Origin: Octopus sinensis
Lineage: Eukaryota
Direction of reading: 5' to 3'
Assembly (NCBI RefSeq): GCF_006345805.1
Contig: NC_043002.1
Span: 100,874,001 to 100,938,000, forward strand
DNA length: 64,000 nucleotides
Part shown: positions 42,114-56,149 of the stretch, piece after piece
How the letters are laid out: every line of letters begins with the position of its first letter
How positions within the stretch are numbered: position 1 is the first letter of the stretch
Made by a program: the position numbers and the translations under genes
Notes under the pieces: model-generated
The model's database searches: none
Told to the model about the DNA's origin: nothing
The model's input: the letters and a program-made list of their open reading frames with translations, nothing else

Positions 42114-43819
42114 TTTTAATCCATTTTGTTGCTTTTTTCCTATTTGTAATCACCCCACTTGTCGTATGGTTAACACCATATAGATTTCCGGTGCATCCTA
42201 GTTAAGGACCATATTCAAGTGAATTCTTTAGAATTCACTAGAATCTCAATTACTTAACCGATATATATATATATATATGTACTGTACATACTTGCATGCA
42301 TACATACCGGAAGAAGAGTCCAGTTCCTCGTCCTTGTTCTATTATCTGCTGATGCTGTATTAGGATAACAGCTGTGGTCAGTCTGCATTTTTACTGAACC
42401 ACTGCCGAGAGAGAAGCATTCCCTTAATGGCCCAACTTCATTTTCGCTGTTACAACCAGAGCTTTAGGAAGCTCCTGTCTCATTAACTGAGGTAAGGTAA
42501 TTGTCGTCCCCATCGTTATCACCACTATTATTTCTCGACATCTGAATGTTTCAAGCAACTTTGTATTGCGCCATTTGCTGTACCTTTGTGATCGAGGGGA
42601 TATTGTGGTTGGTTTTGAGTCTTCTGTTGTATTAGTTTTAATATTGTGTAGCGCAGGTTGTGCTCGGGTATCGGCCTTCTATGTCACATCTTGTGGGTTT
42701 TGATCACATTGTTGGGTATTTACTGTATTAGATTATTCTTATATGTTTTGATGGGGGATGGGGATAGGGGTTGCATAGTCGTGTGTATAAATCATAGATC
42801 GACTATTTCGTAGTATCTATGATTACCTATCTGCCGTTGTTACCTCTTTGATTGAATGTGCTCTGGGTTCAAATTTTTCAGCGTTTACTTTTTTAACTGG
42901 ACACCGCCTATGGGCATGTGTTGATGTTTCTATAGTAGTTATAAACATGATTATAATTGTTATTGATGTATCATTAATCATCTATTTCATAGTATTTATG
43001 ATTATCTGGCCGCCGTTCTTAACAATATAAATATTTTATAAACTTACGAATGGATGCAAAATCTTTTGTTTTGAAACATTGATTTTGGGGCGCATTCTGA
43101 GTATATAGATAATGAAATTCAAACAGTAGATTGAAAAACCCTTCAGCATAGAGTTAGAAGTAGACCAAGCATGAGACACGAAGCAACATTTCATGTACAC
43201 TTTGACAGGTGACCAATCCGTGGATAGAAGCAATCCTTCGAATTTCTCCGTTCATTAAAGAATTTCTATTTTCTCCAGCTTGTTATTTATAACTTGATGG
43301 TATGTGTGCCAAAATAATTGTAAAATATATATGTATGTATTGGTGTATATGTAGATGTATGCATGCGAGTGTGCGTACGTATGTGTGTGTGTGTGAGTGT
43401 GTACATATATATGTATGTATATATTTGTACATAGAGACATACGAGCGAATACTGAAAAGAAACCGAAATTTTACAACATTTTATTCAATTAGTTTTACAT
43501 GTTTACACTTTTACCGCCTTCAAAGTATTGTCCTGGCGCGGTTTCCACGATTCGAAGCACTTCTGGAATTCTTGCGAAGTGATGCCTTTTAACTCGTCCG
43601 TCGTTGTTTTTATTCACTTCTTATACAACTGCAAATTCCGAAGCACCAGCTTTCGTCAGCTGTGATGACCTTGGAAAAAAACATCAGGATAATCTTCCAT
43701 CAAATAGCAGCAGAAAAAAACCCCGAGAAGTGACGCCTAAATTCTACGGAGAAGTAACGCATTATGAAGACAACAGAAAACGTGGAGGGCGAAACAACGG
43801 GTGATAAGGAGGAAGAGGT

Positions 43820-44930
43820 AGAGAAAAGTGCGTGTGTTAGCGAGGGGAGTTATAGTCCAGAGTAGCCGGGGCGTGTGTCTTTGTGCGGTTGGAAGTATCA
43901 GTGAGTTCTTTTTTTTTTTGTTTGTATAAGCGACATGAAGTGTCAGTGGCAAAGATTAACTATGGCCTTGAGCAATTAAGCAAGTTAAGGAGAGTTATAA
44001 AGCACAGTGGAAATGTCAGGTATATATGAGCGAGGTGTGAATTCTAGCACAGGTATGGTGCATGTGTGGGTTTAAAGTAGAGACAAAGTGCAATTTAGTA
44101 CGTCTGTGTGTTTACGCGGATGGGTGTACGTGGACAGGGAGCAGGTACGTTTGGCTATAAATCATACCCCGATAATGTAAAACATTTTGTATGTCTGGAC
44201 GTGTTGATGTATGCGGTAATAAGGTGGAGGAGAGGCTGTATGTATGTGTGCATGAGTGTAAGCGTTGGCTATGAAGCTTTGATGGGCAGCGGGGTTTGTG
44301 TATTAGAGTACTGAATGTAAGTGATAGTTTGGTGATGAGATAAAGTGTGTCGGTGTGGTGTCTGTCTAAGTGAATTACGATTGAAGGTGCGGTAAAACGA
44401 AGGGGCAATTGAGGAGAAAAAGAACGGTAGGGGATTTTGTTATGGTGGCCTTGAAGAATTTTGAAAGGTCTCAGATGAATGATTGGCGGAATGGAAAGAA
44501 ATGTTGCATTTTAATCAAAACTTCGTTGTAACGATTTCTAACAATCATTAAAATCCTAGTGGATATATAGGAAAAACAACACAAAAAGAAGCTGTTGGGT
44601 TGGCTCTGTAATTAGTTTATTACATTATTTCTCACTCGTAGTTCAGTGATGATTTGTTTTTCTCTCTAGTTTCAGCTCAGTGCTGCGGCCATGTTGATGC
44701 ACCATGACAAAAATTAAATCTTAGCCCGATATAAATATTATCTCCTTCTTTATCAGTTCATAGTAAACTGGTTTGATTTTGGCTTCGGTTTCCGATTGGC
44801 AAATCTGTCGTTCTATAAAAATATAGATACACAAAATTATTATTTACATAAAATGGAATCAAATATTAACAAATAAAATTGCGTAGAGATGTTAATTATA
44901 AGGTTTAAAATTTTACTCCGATATAATATC
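43820..44930. repeat. Old paralogous segment of 4000-5030 (3' flank plus last exon of the gene family)
   Basis: Collinear blocks such as TTGAGCAATT, GAGGTGTG.ATTCTAG.ACAGGTATG and GGTGATGAGATAAAGT at both sites. Confidence 0.85.
44600..44812 (-). pseudogene. Gene B exon 5 (terminal exon)
   Basis: Acceptor tttttatAG at 44814-44813; in-frame TGA at 44760-44758; AATAAA at 44621-44616; SINE-tail fragment inside the UTR. Confidence 0.6.
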
Positions 44931-45815
44931 CAGGCTGCGGTGAATAAACTGTCGTCTAAATTAGGCAAAAATGAAAATAACAGACATCTCATTTTAACAG
45001 ATATATTTACCAAAATTACTAAAGAGTAAATTTCTTCAATAAAACCGCTATTGGCTTCAACCATGGCCTCCAGATGACTTCGAAATCTCCTGCAAATCTT
45101 CTGGGCGGTCTCCGTGTTTAAGTTGGTGAATACTGCCATAATCCTTGCCTTCGGTTCATTTATGATGTTACGAGGAGTTTTGTTGGTCTCCCGCTTTAAT
45201 TGCGCCCCACAAATTATAAGAAATAGGTTTGCTGCCTGGGGAGTTAGGTGGCCAGATGTTAGGGGTGATGTGGCCGCAGAAATTTTCTGACAAGCATGAA
45301 CGGGTTCTACTGCTTGTGTGGCATGGTATAGAGTCCTGTTGCCAGACGTAGAGTCTTTCACTAGCTACCCTTTTGACCCAGGGCAGCACTAGCTCCTCCA
45401 GGCACTTGATGTGGGCGTCAATGTTGAGTCTGAGGCCGTTTTGGAAGATGAATGCAAGCACAATATCGCTATCACTTGTGATCGTTCCAAACACTATGAT
45501 GTTGACTGGATATTTCATTTTTATCAATCTCGGTACATATCACACTTATATTGCGCTGTCTTCAGATTCATACGCAATTACTCTGAAAGGTTCGTATTGG
45601 AGCTTCCGGCGCAGCTAGTAGAGTATGTAGAACAGCAAGCAGTACAGCATGTCGATTCCTAATTCCAGGCAGAGTGAAATGTGTCATGGTGCTGTTCTTC
45701 TCACAGACGTTGCCCAACTGACCCTACGATACTGTGTTGGCGTCAAAATCCAAAACAAACGATGTGTATGCGCGAAATTAAAAATGTAAAATGTAGACAA
45801 TTCACCTCGCTCCGT
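44925..45815 (-). mobile_element. Tc1/mariner (maT/DD37D-like) transposon relic
   Basis: ORF 45168-45527: YVWQQDSIPCHTS...WPPNSP...YNLWG. Confidence 0.75.
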
Positions 45816-45824
45816 ACGTTGTAT

Positions 45825-46250
<426 letters not shown>

Positions 46251-46670
46251 GTTTTTATATAATGTGCCTGTGTATATGTGTGTATTTTCATTGCTTGGTA
46301 TTATTCTAAATTTATTTACTGAACGTGTGAATACTGTTAGAAGAAAGGATTCTAAAAATTAGTCTTATATTATGACCCTCAGAGATATTGATGAATTTTC
46401 TGGAAATAACTATCCAACACCAGTGTGCAGAGTACTCCTGTGTGCATAAATTTCCAGCAAATATGACAAATATTCTGAATTGTTTGAAAGTGTACGACAT
46501 CTCTAAGAAAATGACTAGCATAACGAATTCAAGGTCAAGTTTTTGCATATTTTGATATCATTAGTTTAGTTTAAAATATACGTAGAAATGTACGTCCAGC
46601 AATGGCGAAAACAAGCTAATTGCATATATATATATATATATATATATATACGAGAAACACAGTAAATCCA

Positions 46671-46920
46671 CAACACACGCCAGTCACATATATCATCTCA
46701 AAAATAGAAATATTCCCTACATCTTGTCATGGTTCATAAGACTCAGGGCCTACGTACAAAAGGTCAACGCTCAGTCTGTAAGTTATGCCTAAAAGAGGCA
46801 TTCCACATATTAAAACAACGCTTCAATACTAGTAAATATATATAATGAGGCCCTAGGTACATGCAACCCTGACTTTTTCATACTTTCAAATTTTGCCCAA
46901 ATTTAGATGCTGCCTAAACA
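46671..46920 (+). mobile_element. Penelope GIY-YIG fragment, close copy of 53323-53586
   Basis: Direct sequence match. Confidence 0.8.
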
Positions 46921-47043
46921 ATGAGCTAACTGGAGTAAAATTTAGAACTGAATGCGAAGTATTTATTACAAGGACAACGCAACTGTAATATGGAGAAAAT
47001 ATACTACATGGGTTAAATCAAATAGCTTAAAATATATACTCAC

Positions 47044-47191
47044 AGACTTTTACATAATCCGGCATATGACATCGCGGTTTCAATGTTTTTATCTCCCTTA
47101 TATATGCAGGTGTGATTTCAGCAGATGCCGACACTGATGGACAAATCATCTGTGTTTGCCTTAGAACATGCGCCATTAGACAACCGACAAT
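47044..47191 (-). pseudogene. Gene B exon 4: CRLSNGACSKANTDDLSISVGIC*NHTCIYKGDKNIETAMSYAGLCKS(L)
   Basis: 148 nt, splice sites intact, TGG to TGA at 47120-47118; exons 1-3 absent upstream. Confidence 0.85.
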
Positions 47192-47534
47192 CTATTGATC
47201 AGAAAACGATCACTTTATTGATTATTGTATTTAAACTATTTCGGTGACATAATTATGCCTATACTGGCCCAAGACTTTGGCAAAATGTTAGCACTTTCAG
47301 GGGAACAGGTAAGTCGATTACAATGACTCTAATACTTAAATGGTACTTATTTTATTGACCTGGAAGGGATCGAATACAAAATCGAACTCCGAGAAGTTTC
47401 AATTCAAGTCAGAAAGCCATTAAAATTTTCGGTAAGCGAAAATGCCCGGCGTGCTAACTATTTTGCCCTCTCATCGTTTCTATTAGTGATATTCTGGTAT
47501 ATATATATTTATATACACCAGAATATCACTTGTT

Positions 47535-47740
47535 TAGCCCTTTGTGGGTGGTAAAGAAATAGGTATTTTGTCTGTTTGTATGTTCTGAGTTCAACGTCCG
47601 CCGAGGTACACTTTGCCTTTCATCCTTTCGGGGTCGATTAAATAAGTACCTGTTACGCACTCGGGTCGATCTAATCGACTTAACCCCTTTGTCTGTCCTT
47701 GTTTGTCACCTCTGTGTTTATCCACTTGTGGGTAGTAAAT
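47535..47740 (+). mobile_element. Family-1 SINE at the gene B deletion junction
   Basis: Matches family-1 consensus body and tail. Confidence 0.8.
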
Positions 47741-47744
47741 ATAA

Positions 47745-48020
47745 TAATGACATTTTATAAAATACTTGCTGACAACTATAGACTATTTTATGGCTCGTAG
47801 AGAAGAGGAAACAATGGCTTCTTCGTCTGCCCCTGAACTAAAAAATAAAAAATAAAAACAAGTTTGCACCGATCCACACAACACAAAGGATAACATCGTA
47901 GGTAGATCGATCGAGAGATAGATAGATACTCTCATATAGAAACCTAAGTCAGTTTTTAGAAGATACATATTTCAAAGCTTTAATTTTCTTACAAATTATA
48001 TGTTTTTAAAACCTTACTTC
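47745..48020 (-). promoter_or_regulatory. Paralog of the region upstream of the gene A promoter (33160-33430)
   Basis: AATGACATTT.ATAAAA.ACTTGCTGA.AACTA.AGA.TATTTTATGGCTCGTAGAGAAG shared. Confidence 0.7.
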
Positions 48021-48789
48021 AGCAACTTAAAAGGCACGATATAATCGTTGCCTTAAAACTGGAGCATTGTGACACGGATATAAATTGCCATATGAAAGGT
48101 TTTCTTTATTGATTGTACACAAGTCTTAGAAATAATCGATAAAACCCTCAGAAGTCACAATATTCAGACCATTTTGTATCAACACAATACTTCTTCCTTT
48201 TTTCAAATTTCCCATCATTTTTTCAATGCTCCTTTCCTTCTTCTGTCAAGTATCGACACTAAACTGCTCAGGAAACTTGTAACATTTTACATTTTCCTTT
48301 TCCTCCAATATTGTTTATTTCCTTTTCTTTCCGTCAATGCTCTCTTCTCATGCATCTTCAATCCCATACCTTCTGCAACTGTTTTATTTGCATTACAATC
48401 TGGCTCACCCCGTTGCAAAATGGGACACCTGCTAGACGCGGCATCTCCAGCATTGGCTCTAGTCCCGTTCACATCGTTATCGGTAGCATTTACTCTCATA
48501 AATGAGGCGCGATTTTAGCTTGCCACCGACCGGTATTTTTATCGAGACACCATCTGTAGCAAGGTTGCCCACGAAGATGTATCAGATAATTCTGAGCATA
48601 ATAAATCCTTAATAAATCTAAACCCATTAACATATAGTTTTCAACCCAACCTTAAAATTGGAGAGAAAATATTTACAAAAAGTAAATGTTGCCTTTGAAT
48701 CAGATTTTCCTCCTAATGGTTTCTAACAATCATAAAGATCACAGAGTATCCATCAGAAAAAAAGAAAACAGAGCAAAACAAATAGCGCA

Positions 48790-48971
48790 GTTGGCTGTGA
48801 AATGAGTTTATTGCGTTATTTATTACACGCGTTTCTGTGAGGATTATAAGAGAGAAAGATTAAAGCTTGACCCGGTATAAGGATTATCTCCTTCTTCATC
48901 GGTTTATTGCAAATTGATTCTGGCATCGGTTTCGATTTCGTTTTCGGTTCTAGACTGGTCAGTCTCACTTT
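48790..48971 (-). other. Gene C exon 5: (L)K, TGA at 48967-48965, 3'UTR with AATAAA at 48812-48807
   Basis: Acceptor tttttatAG at 48973-48972; paralogous to the terminal exons of A and B. Confidence 0.7.
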
Positions 48972-49193
48972 CTATAAAAATATAAATTATATAAAATAAT
49001 TATTTATATATAGCGAAATGCAAATATTACCAAATAAAATTGGCTAGCGTTGTTAATTATCTTTTTTACTATAACAGCATTTAAATCTTTACAAATTTAC
49101 AGCCATTAAAGGATAAAGTAATGATAACTTCGATGAATTTAATTGCCAGCTGTTGAGATCTCTCGTGCAGTGTAATTTCGATGACAGCACGAA

Positions 49194-49238
<45 letters not shown>

Positions 49239-49699
49239 TATAGACAAATACTATAACATTCTCACTTTGACTACTGTAATTAAATATACAAACATTTATA
49301 CAAGCCATAAACAAAATAGGTATAAGCATACATACATAGTTATATATATAGATACATACATACATACATACATAATTTCCACATAAGCAGTGACGTAGAT
49401 GGCCCCTACTTAAAACGAAAACAATGCGGCAGAGGCTTAACATCGATCTAAAATGCCTTTGTATGTCGCATCATATCCCTTCGGCAATATTTTTAAGCGA
49501 CACACTTGGTCGTTAGTGTATCGCTTGACCAAGTTTGCATACACGAAACTGATAAAACCATAAGACTTGGAAGGCAGCTCCTTGAGCAACACTTTGTCTG
49601 GTAATGTAGAATACAAGCTCAAAAACGTTGCATGACTACCGCAACGTAATGAAATGAAAGGATGAACCTATATGAGGAGAAGATATGTTAATAGACGGC

Positions 49700-50420
49700 T
49701 CCGTGATAATAGTAGCATTCGATCGTCAAAGCAGTTTATCATGGAACAATAGCCAGATTACTACCTCCTACTTTGAAGGATAAGATTTTGCAATCCAGGA
49801 ACAGGAAATATCAACCAAGTACCTGATGCACAAAATGGATAACGATGCAGGAAAAGCCGTAAAATGTAACAACCGATGCAGACTACGTGGAGTTCACACT
49901 GAAGTTCACACCCACATCATAAGCAGTTGCCCAAAAATGTCATCAGGGTATTATCTACCGTTGAGTTATGGCGATGTAGCTAGAACACTCTATAATTAAA
50001 TCTGTCGGAAGGATAATCTAGAGGACAAACAAACAAGAACCCACAATATGGTAGAAACCGTTGCCACTCATAATATAATGTAAGCACAAAAGACCTGATA
50101 TAATTATTTGGAATAGAGGAGAGAAACTGCACACTGTTGTGGAAATTAGCTGCCCAGAAAAAGCTGAAGATCAGTGAAAGAGAGAATACCTATGCTGAAC
50201 TATTGAGATATCAGCAGTTGCTCTATCCAGATTACAAGTTCAGGTTTCAACCTTTAAATCTGGGGGCCCTGGGATATGTAACGTAATACTTAATTACCAA
50301 ACTTGAGGAATTAGGCTTCTCAAAACTAGAAAGTAGAAAGCTAATTCGAAGACAACAGATCCAGTCCATCACTGGAACTCTAAAATTCTGTAAAACTTTC
50401 CAGAAGTTTATCATTTAAAT
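49700..50420 (+). mobile_element. Dong/R4-type LINE 3' end (CCHC plus restriction-like endonuclease)
   Basis: NRCRL..HIISSCPKMS..YYLP and PDIIIWNRGEKL.TVVEISCP motifs. Confidence 0.8.
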
Positions 50421-50534
50421 ATATACGAGCATGTCTATATAAGAAACTACATACACCAGAATAGATACATAAGACACACAAATCTGCACAATCTTGAAAT
50501 AAACTGAATAATGATATACATACGTACATACACA

Positions 50535-50599
<65 letters not shown>

Positions 50600-50615
50600 A
50601 TAGAGATATGTATAT

Positions 50616-50692
<77 letters not shown>

Positions 50693-50815
50693 GGAGTAAG
50701 CACACAAATGTGAAAGTACACAAAGTAGAAAGAAGAGCACTCAAATACCAAAGGTAGAGTAATATGCTCTAAAAGCAGCAGAAATATAACAAAAGCTGAT
50801 ACTCAGAGTATATAA

Positions 50816-50867
<52 letters not shown>

Positions 50868-51326
50868 ATACAACAATTTACGTCGTTAATTGGTTCCAAG
50901 AGACACGACTGGAGTCGAATTAACTTGTCTCTAGGCTAAACCGATAATAACCATTCCCAGTTCTGTACTTTATTTATGAATACATTTTCAATAAAACTTG
51001 GTTAAGGAAAATCCATGTATGCTAAAATCTTATCCTTATTAAGTACAATATTCAATACAGTTGTCCGACTCATCCCAAAAGGTCATGGAATTGGTACCAT
51101 TTATTCACCTTTCTCATGCCGTTTTATCATAGCCATTTAGCCTTCCAGCGTTATGGCATGACGCTTAGCATTTTCATAATGAATATTTTAGGAGTCCTGG
51201 GGACAAAGGTAAAGCTACAAATGTATAAAAATGAGAAAGTAGCCAATAAACAGACGTAAAAAAATCTGAGTCCGATTTGGGTGGGCTAGTCAATCTAGTG
51301 GCTATTCATCAAGGGATTCATACGCA

Positions 51327-51359
<33 letters not shown>

Positions 51360-51823
51360 GTAAAGCTAAACTAGCACAAACACAAACACAAACACACAAG
51401 CACGCACACACAGAAATACATAAATATACAGAATATAACCATACATACGTACATACACGCATACATACATGCATACATGCATATATACATTATATACATG
51501 CACAAACACACGCACACGTTCTTATGCATACACGTATGCAACAAAACCTCAAAGAAACAAAAATATGCCGCCTGTATAACGGACTAAATCAGTGAGAAGT
51601 TTGCAAGAAGCTACCAAAGAGCATTCACAAACAAAAGAAAACAACTGGAATGTGCTAGACGAGTGTGTGTGTTAATTATATTGTAGATGTTAATTGTACC
51701 TTGTTAATATATTGTGTCTGTTAATAATATGCGTTAGACACAACAAACTTTCTTTCAACACAAGAATTCCGATTAAGAATCTAGCAAAGCAGATACAAAA
51801 GCAATACACACGCACACACATAC

Positions 51824-51875
<52 letters not shown>

Positions 51876-52199
51876 TCTCTCTCTCTTTCTCTCTCTCATA
51901 CACGCACACATGTTAAATAAATGAGACAACAAAGCCAAAGCTGTCCGAAATTTTCAGCACATTTACAAAGAGAAATATAGTCTTGCAACTGTTTCTGGGT
52001 AGTAGGAATCTCCCTTCACCAGAGACAATGTGAGATGTTTAAATAGAGGGAAATATTAGAGTTCAATATAAGGAGTCATTTGGGAAAAGAATGGAACGTA
52101 ACCCCACTAGAATTTAACATAATCCTTAATGCACGTAAAGCACTTAGTCTTTTAGGACAAAAATTGCTGATCCACTATAACTAACATTAACCATAGTAA

Positions 52200-53700
52200 A
52201 TTGTTTGACATTACAATAGGATCATCCGACTCCGTCCAAGTCACTGACTTCGTTGGACTATACATACTCCACTAGCTTCAACTACATTTCCCTAACACCA
52301 AGGAAAGCCTCTTTAGAGATGATGTCTAGCTCGTCACGAAGAGCGTAAATAAATCCTCTTTATAACGAGTTAGGAAAGATCTACACAAGTTTTTCTCTCG
52401 CATCCACTTTGCTAATCCTTTTGAAAATTTCCACAAATCCACTAATTTTTAGTCGTAACTCTAAACTTAGGAATGTCGCAATACTCTCCATATCACAAAC
52501 CTAACCTTAATTACTTAAACATTAATTCCAATCAGCACAAATCCACCTTTGATAATATAGTTAAGGATATCTCGATTCGTATATCTGACAAATTATCCAC
52601 TGAGGAAATATTCAGTAACCAGACCCACATTACATCCAAGAACTTACTGCCAGCGGCTTCTGCCGACAAATAAAATACACCCCTAATACTAGGTTCAAGC
52701 AACATATATCTCAATTCATAACACAACGACATTCCAACCAGCAGAATCACACATACATTATACTAAAACTCCAAGACATATAACTCTAGATCAAAAGCTA
52801 TAACGGCTAACAATAACGTGCCATATTACTACCTCTAATTTCTAAAAATATAGATAATACTTCCCCTAAACAACCAACATAAAAGCGGCCAACGCTCTAT
52901 GGTATACACCTACCTTCACACGAAAAGTTAAGAACTTAGCTAAATAATTTTTTAACATACTAGAGACCAACTTTCCTGTGTCAACATATATATCACTCTA
53001 TCTTTAACAGATTTACATTAAAGTTATCCTACCCTTCCCCACCCAAATTTGAATTTATCATAACAGCCTCTAATAAACGAAAACATTCTCTCTATTATCA
53101 AAACTCACATTGTAACATATCTGGATACACGTGCGCCCAGTGTATACATAGCTGCCGTTCTGGAAACATCTGCCCTCTACAAAACCATTGCAAAATGTCT
53201 AATGTAATTTATAAATGCATCCTCCTAAAAACGTTACACAATACTACAACCATATATGTAGGATCAACTATTAATTTTTAACAGAAATACCCCGTACATG
53301 TCAATTCTTTTAGGTACGATAAACACAGTAAATCCACAACACACGCCAGTCACATGCATCACCTCAAAAATAGAAATATTCCCTACATCTTGTCATGGTT
53401 CATAAGACTCAAGGCTTCCATACAAAAGGTCAACGCTTAGCCTGTAAGTTATGCCTAAAAGAGACATTACACATAATAAAACACAACGCTTCAATACTAG
53501 TAAATATACGCAATGAGGCACTAGGTACATGCAAACCCGATTTTTTCATACTTTCAAATTTTTCCCAAATCTAAATGCTGCTTAAACAACACTTAATCCG
53601 AACACCACTCAGGTAATCCTTAACAACCCTATTTGGCTTTCTATTGTCTCCGTTTTTAATTTCTTAACTCTCCAATCTTCTTTTAATTGTTTAATACTAT
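52200..53700 (+). mobile_element. Penelope-like element 3' half with GIY-YIG
   Basis: NVIYKC..IYVGST..H..SF..LSW.I..Y..C.LCL.E pattern. Confidence 0.75.
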
Positions 53701-53749
53701 ATAAATGGGCACGCATGCGGATATATGTGTATATATATATATATATATA

Positions 53750-54441
53750 AGAAGCGGAAGCCACATACGGACCCAGGTTTCAAGGTGTTTGCCTATTATC
53801 AACGTATGGTAGGCACCGCTCCTCGACAAACAACTCCCCATGCAGGATGAAACCTGGGTCCGTATGTGGCTTCCGCTTCTTCGGTGAATGATCTCCCTTT
53901 GCAGGATAGAGGACGCCGTGATGGTGTCAAGCCTTTCTGGTGACGTTGATGTTCGCCTGGGGCTAAATGCAACAGTAACACCCCCACCACCCTGCCCTGT
54001 CCCTAGCCATATCAGATGGCTAATGCCTCTTATGTTATGGAGCAGTTACTGTCGATATCTCATTTAGAGAATTATTATTGCTGTCGAACAGATTTTCGAA
54101 ATCAGTAAATGTATTTACTTGAAAATCTTTATATATATATATCCTGCATGGGGAGTTGTTTGTCGAGGAGCGGTGCCTACCATACGTTGATAATAGGCAA
54201 ACACCTTGAAACCTGGGTCCGTATGTGGCTTCCGCTTCTTCGGTGAATGATCTCCCTTTGCAGGATAGAGGACGCCGTGATGGTGTCAAGCCTTTCTGGT
54301 GACGTTGATGTTCGCCTGGCGCTAAATGCAACAGTAACACCCCCACCACCCTGCCCTGTCCCTAGCCATATTCAGATGGCTAATGCCTCTTATGTTATGG
54401 AGCAGTTACTGTCGATATCTCATTTAGAGAATTATTATTGC
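53750..54441. repeat. Local inverted plus direct duplication (P, Q, spacer, inverted P, Q)
   Basis: 53750-53846 reappears inverted at about 54141-54240; 53848-54082 is repeated at 54206-54441. Confidence 0.9.
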
Positions 54442-54491
<50 letters not shown>

Positions 54492-54647
54492 AATGTATAT
54501 ATGTATGTATGTATATATGTATAAATGTGTGTGTATGCTTGTGTCACGTGCATGTGTGTATATGTACGCACGTGTATGCGCGTATGCATTTCTGTATTGG
54601 TGTGTGCGTGTGCATGTATATATATACATACATACATACATATATAT

Positions 54648-54720
<73 letters not shown>

Positions 54721-55029
54721 CAACATGCGTACGTGTCCAAGTGCACAGCTACGCAGGCCTACATAATAGTGAATATACACACACATATGTATGTGTGTGC
54801 ATGCGTGGATATATCAATATACACTTCTTTCTTTCCCTCTGATAACTCATCCCACACTAGCCAGCTCAATATATCTATTTATAGAAATTTGACCATGACA
54901 TCTTAGTATTCTTCCCTTCCCTTTTGTGATCTACTACTCACTTTAGAACACCCTATATATCTTTTGGTACCCACCTTTAGTGCCATTCTAACATAACAGC
55001 CCTCCTCATAATCCTCATGCATATTCATG

Positions 55030-55510
55030 TCTGGAATGTCTGGAATGTCTGGAATGTCTGGAACGTAAGGAATGTTTGGAATGACAGGAAAGTCGGGAAT
55101 ATCAGGAATGTCTGGAACGCCTGGGATGTCGGGAATGTCAGGAATATCTGGAATGTCAGGAATGTGTGAATGTCAAGGATGTCTGGAATGTCTTGTCTGG
55201 AATATCTGGAATGTCAGGAATGCCTGGAATGTCTGGAATGTCAAGAATGTCAGGAATTTCTGGAATGTTGGGAATGTCTGGAATGTCAGCAATGTATGGA
55301 ATGTCAAGAATGTCAGGAATATCTCGAATGTCTGGAATGTCAGACATTTTTGGCATTCCAGACATTCCACACATGACATTCCATTCCATTCCATGACGTG
55401 ACTTGACATTCCGTTTAACGTCACGTCATGTAACGTCATTTAACGTCACGTCATATAACTTCATTTAACGTCCTTTAACATCAAGTCATTTAACGTGACG
55501 TTATATGACT
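55030..55510. repeat. 9-bp minisatellite (GGAATGTCT/A) to about 55370, then 10-bp TTTAACGTCA-type repeats
   Basis: Seen directly. Confidence 0.9.
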
Positions 55511-56052
55511 CGAATATTCCAAAGTAGATCCCCTGGGTAGCTCTCCCAGGATAGCCCCTTTCCTAAAGGTGAAGACACATAGCACACTATCTTCACACGA
55601 AGAAGGAGTACGCCCTAATAACGAACTCCCTCATTATACAAGAACAAGAATCCAAGGACAGAACAAAAACAAAATAATAAAAAATAATTCAAAAAATTAA
55701 TCATAAAAAAATTTACTTCTAAAGACAAATCCAAGGGAGACAAACATAAAAAAATGGCACTCAAGAGTAACGTCCCTTGATCCATTGTTTTACTGACTAG
55801 AATTTACAAGAATGAACGATTCGAGACTGTTTTCTGCAATGGAGGTGAACACCTTTCTCCATGTGATCGCCTTGGGAAATTGTTAAGACACTACGATATT
55901 TCCCTACTTTTCTTAGCATGAAATCAATGGTAGCCTTAATTCACAAATATAGAGATTATTATTCACCAATGTGGTGTTGAGCAATCATTTCATTGTTCGA
56001 CATTTACGCATACGTACACACACATATACAAGCAAACACCCACACACACACA

Positions 56053-56139
<87 letters not shown>

Positions 56140-56149
56140 GCTACTACTA

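Larger units (their letters stand above)
41813..42145. repeat. Near-perfect 333-bp palindrome (165/164-bp arms, 4-nt loop GAGG)
   Basis: 41813-41977 is the reverse complement of 41982-42145 apart from a 1-nt indel near the outer end. Confidence 0.97.

Noticed and set aside
47118-47120. Selenocysteine at the in-frame TGA of gene B
   Set aside because: The aligned residue is Trp, not Cys, and no SECIS-like hairpin was recognised in the short 3'UTR
48014-48126. Possible exon 3 of gene B (LCTINKENLSYGNLYPC...)
   Set aside because: In-frame stop before the donor, no match to the family Cys spacing, and the apparent donor lies in promoter-upstream paralogous sequence
55072-55439. GMSGMS/DIPDIP/Cys-rich ORFs as structural proteins
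   Set aside because: All six frames are open because of the 9-bp minisatellite; no splice or signal context
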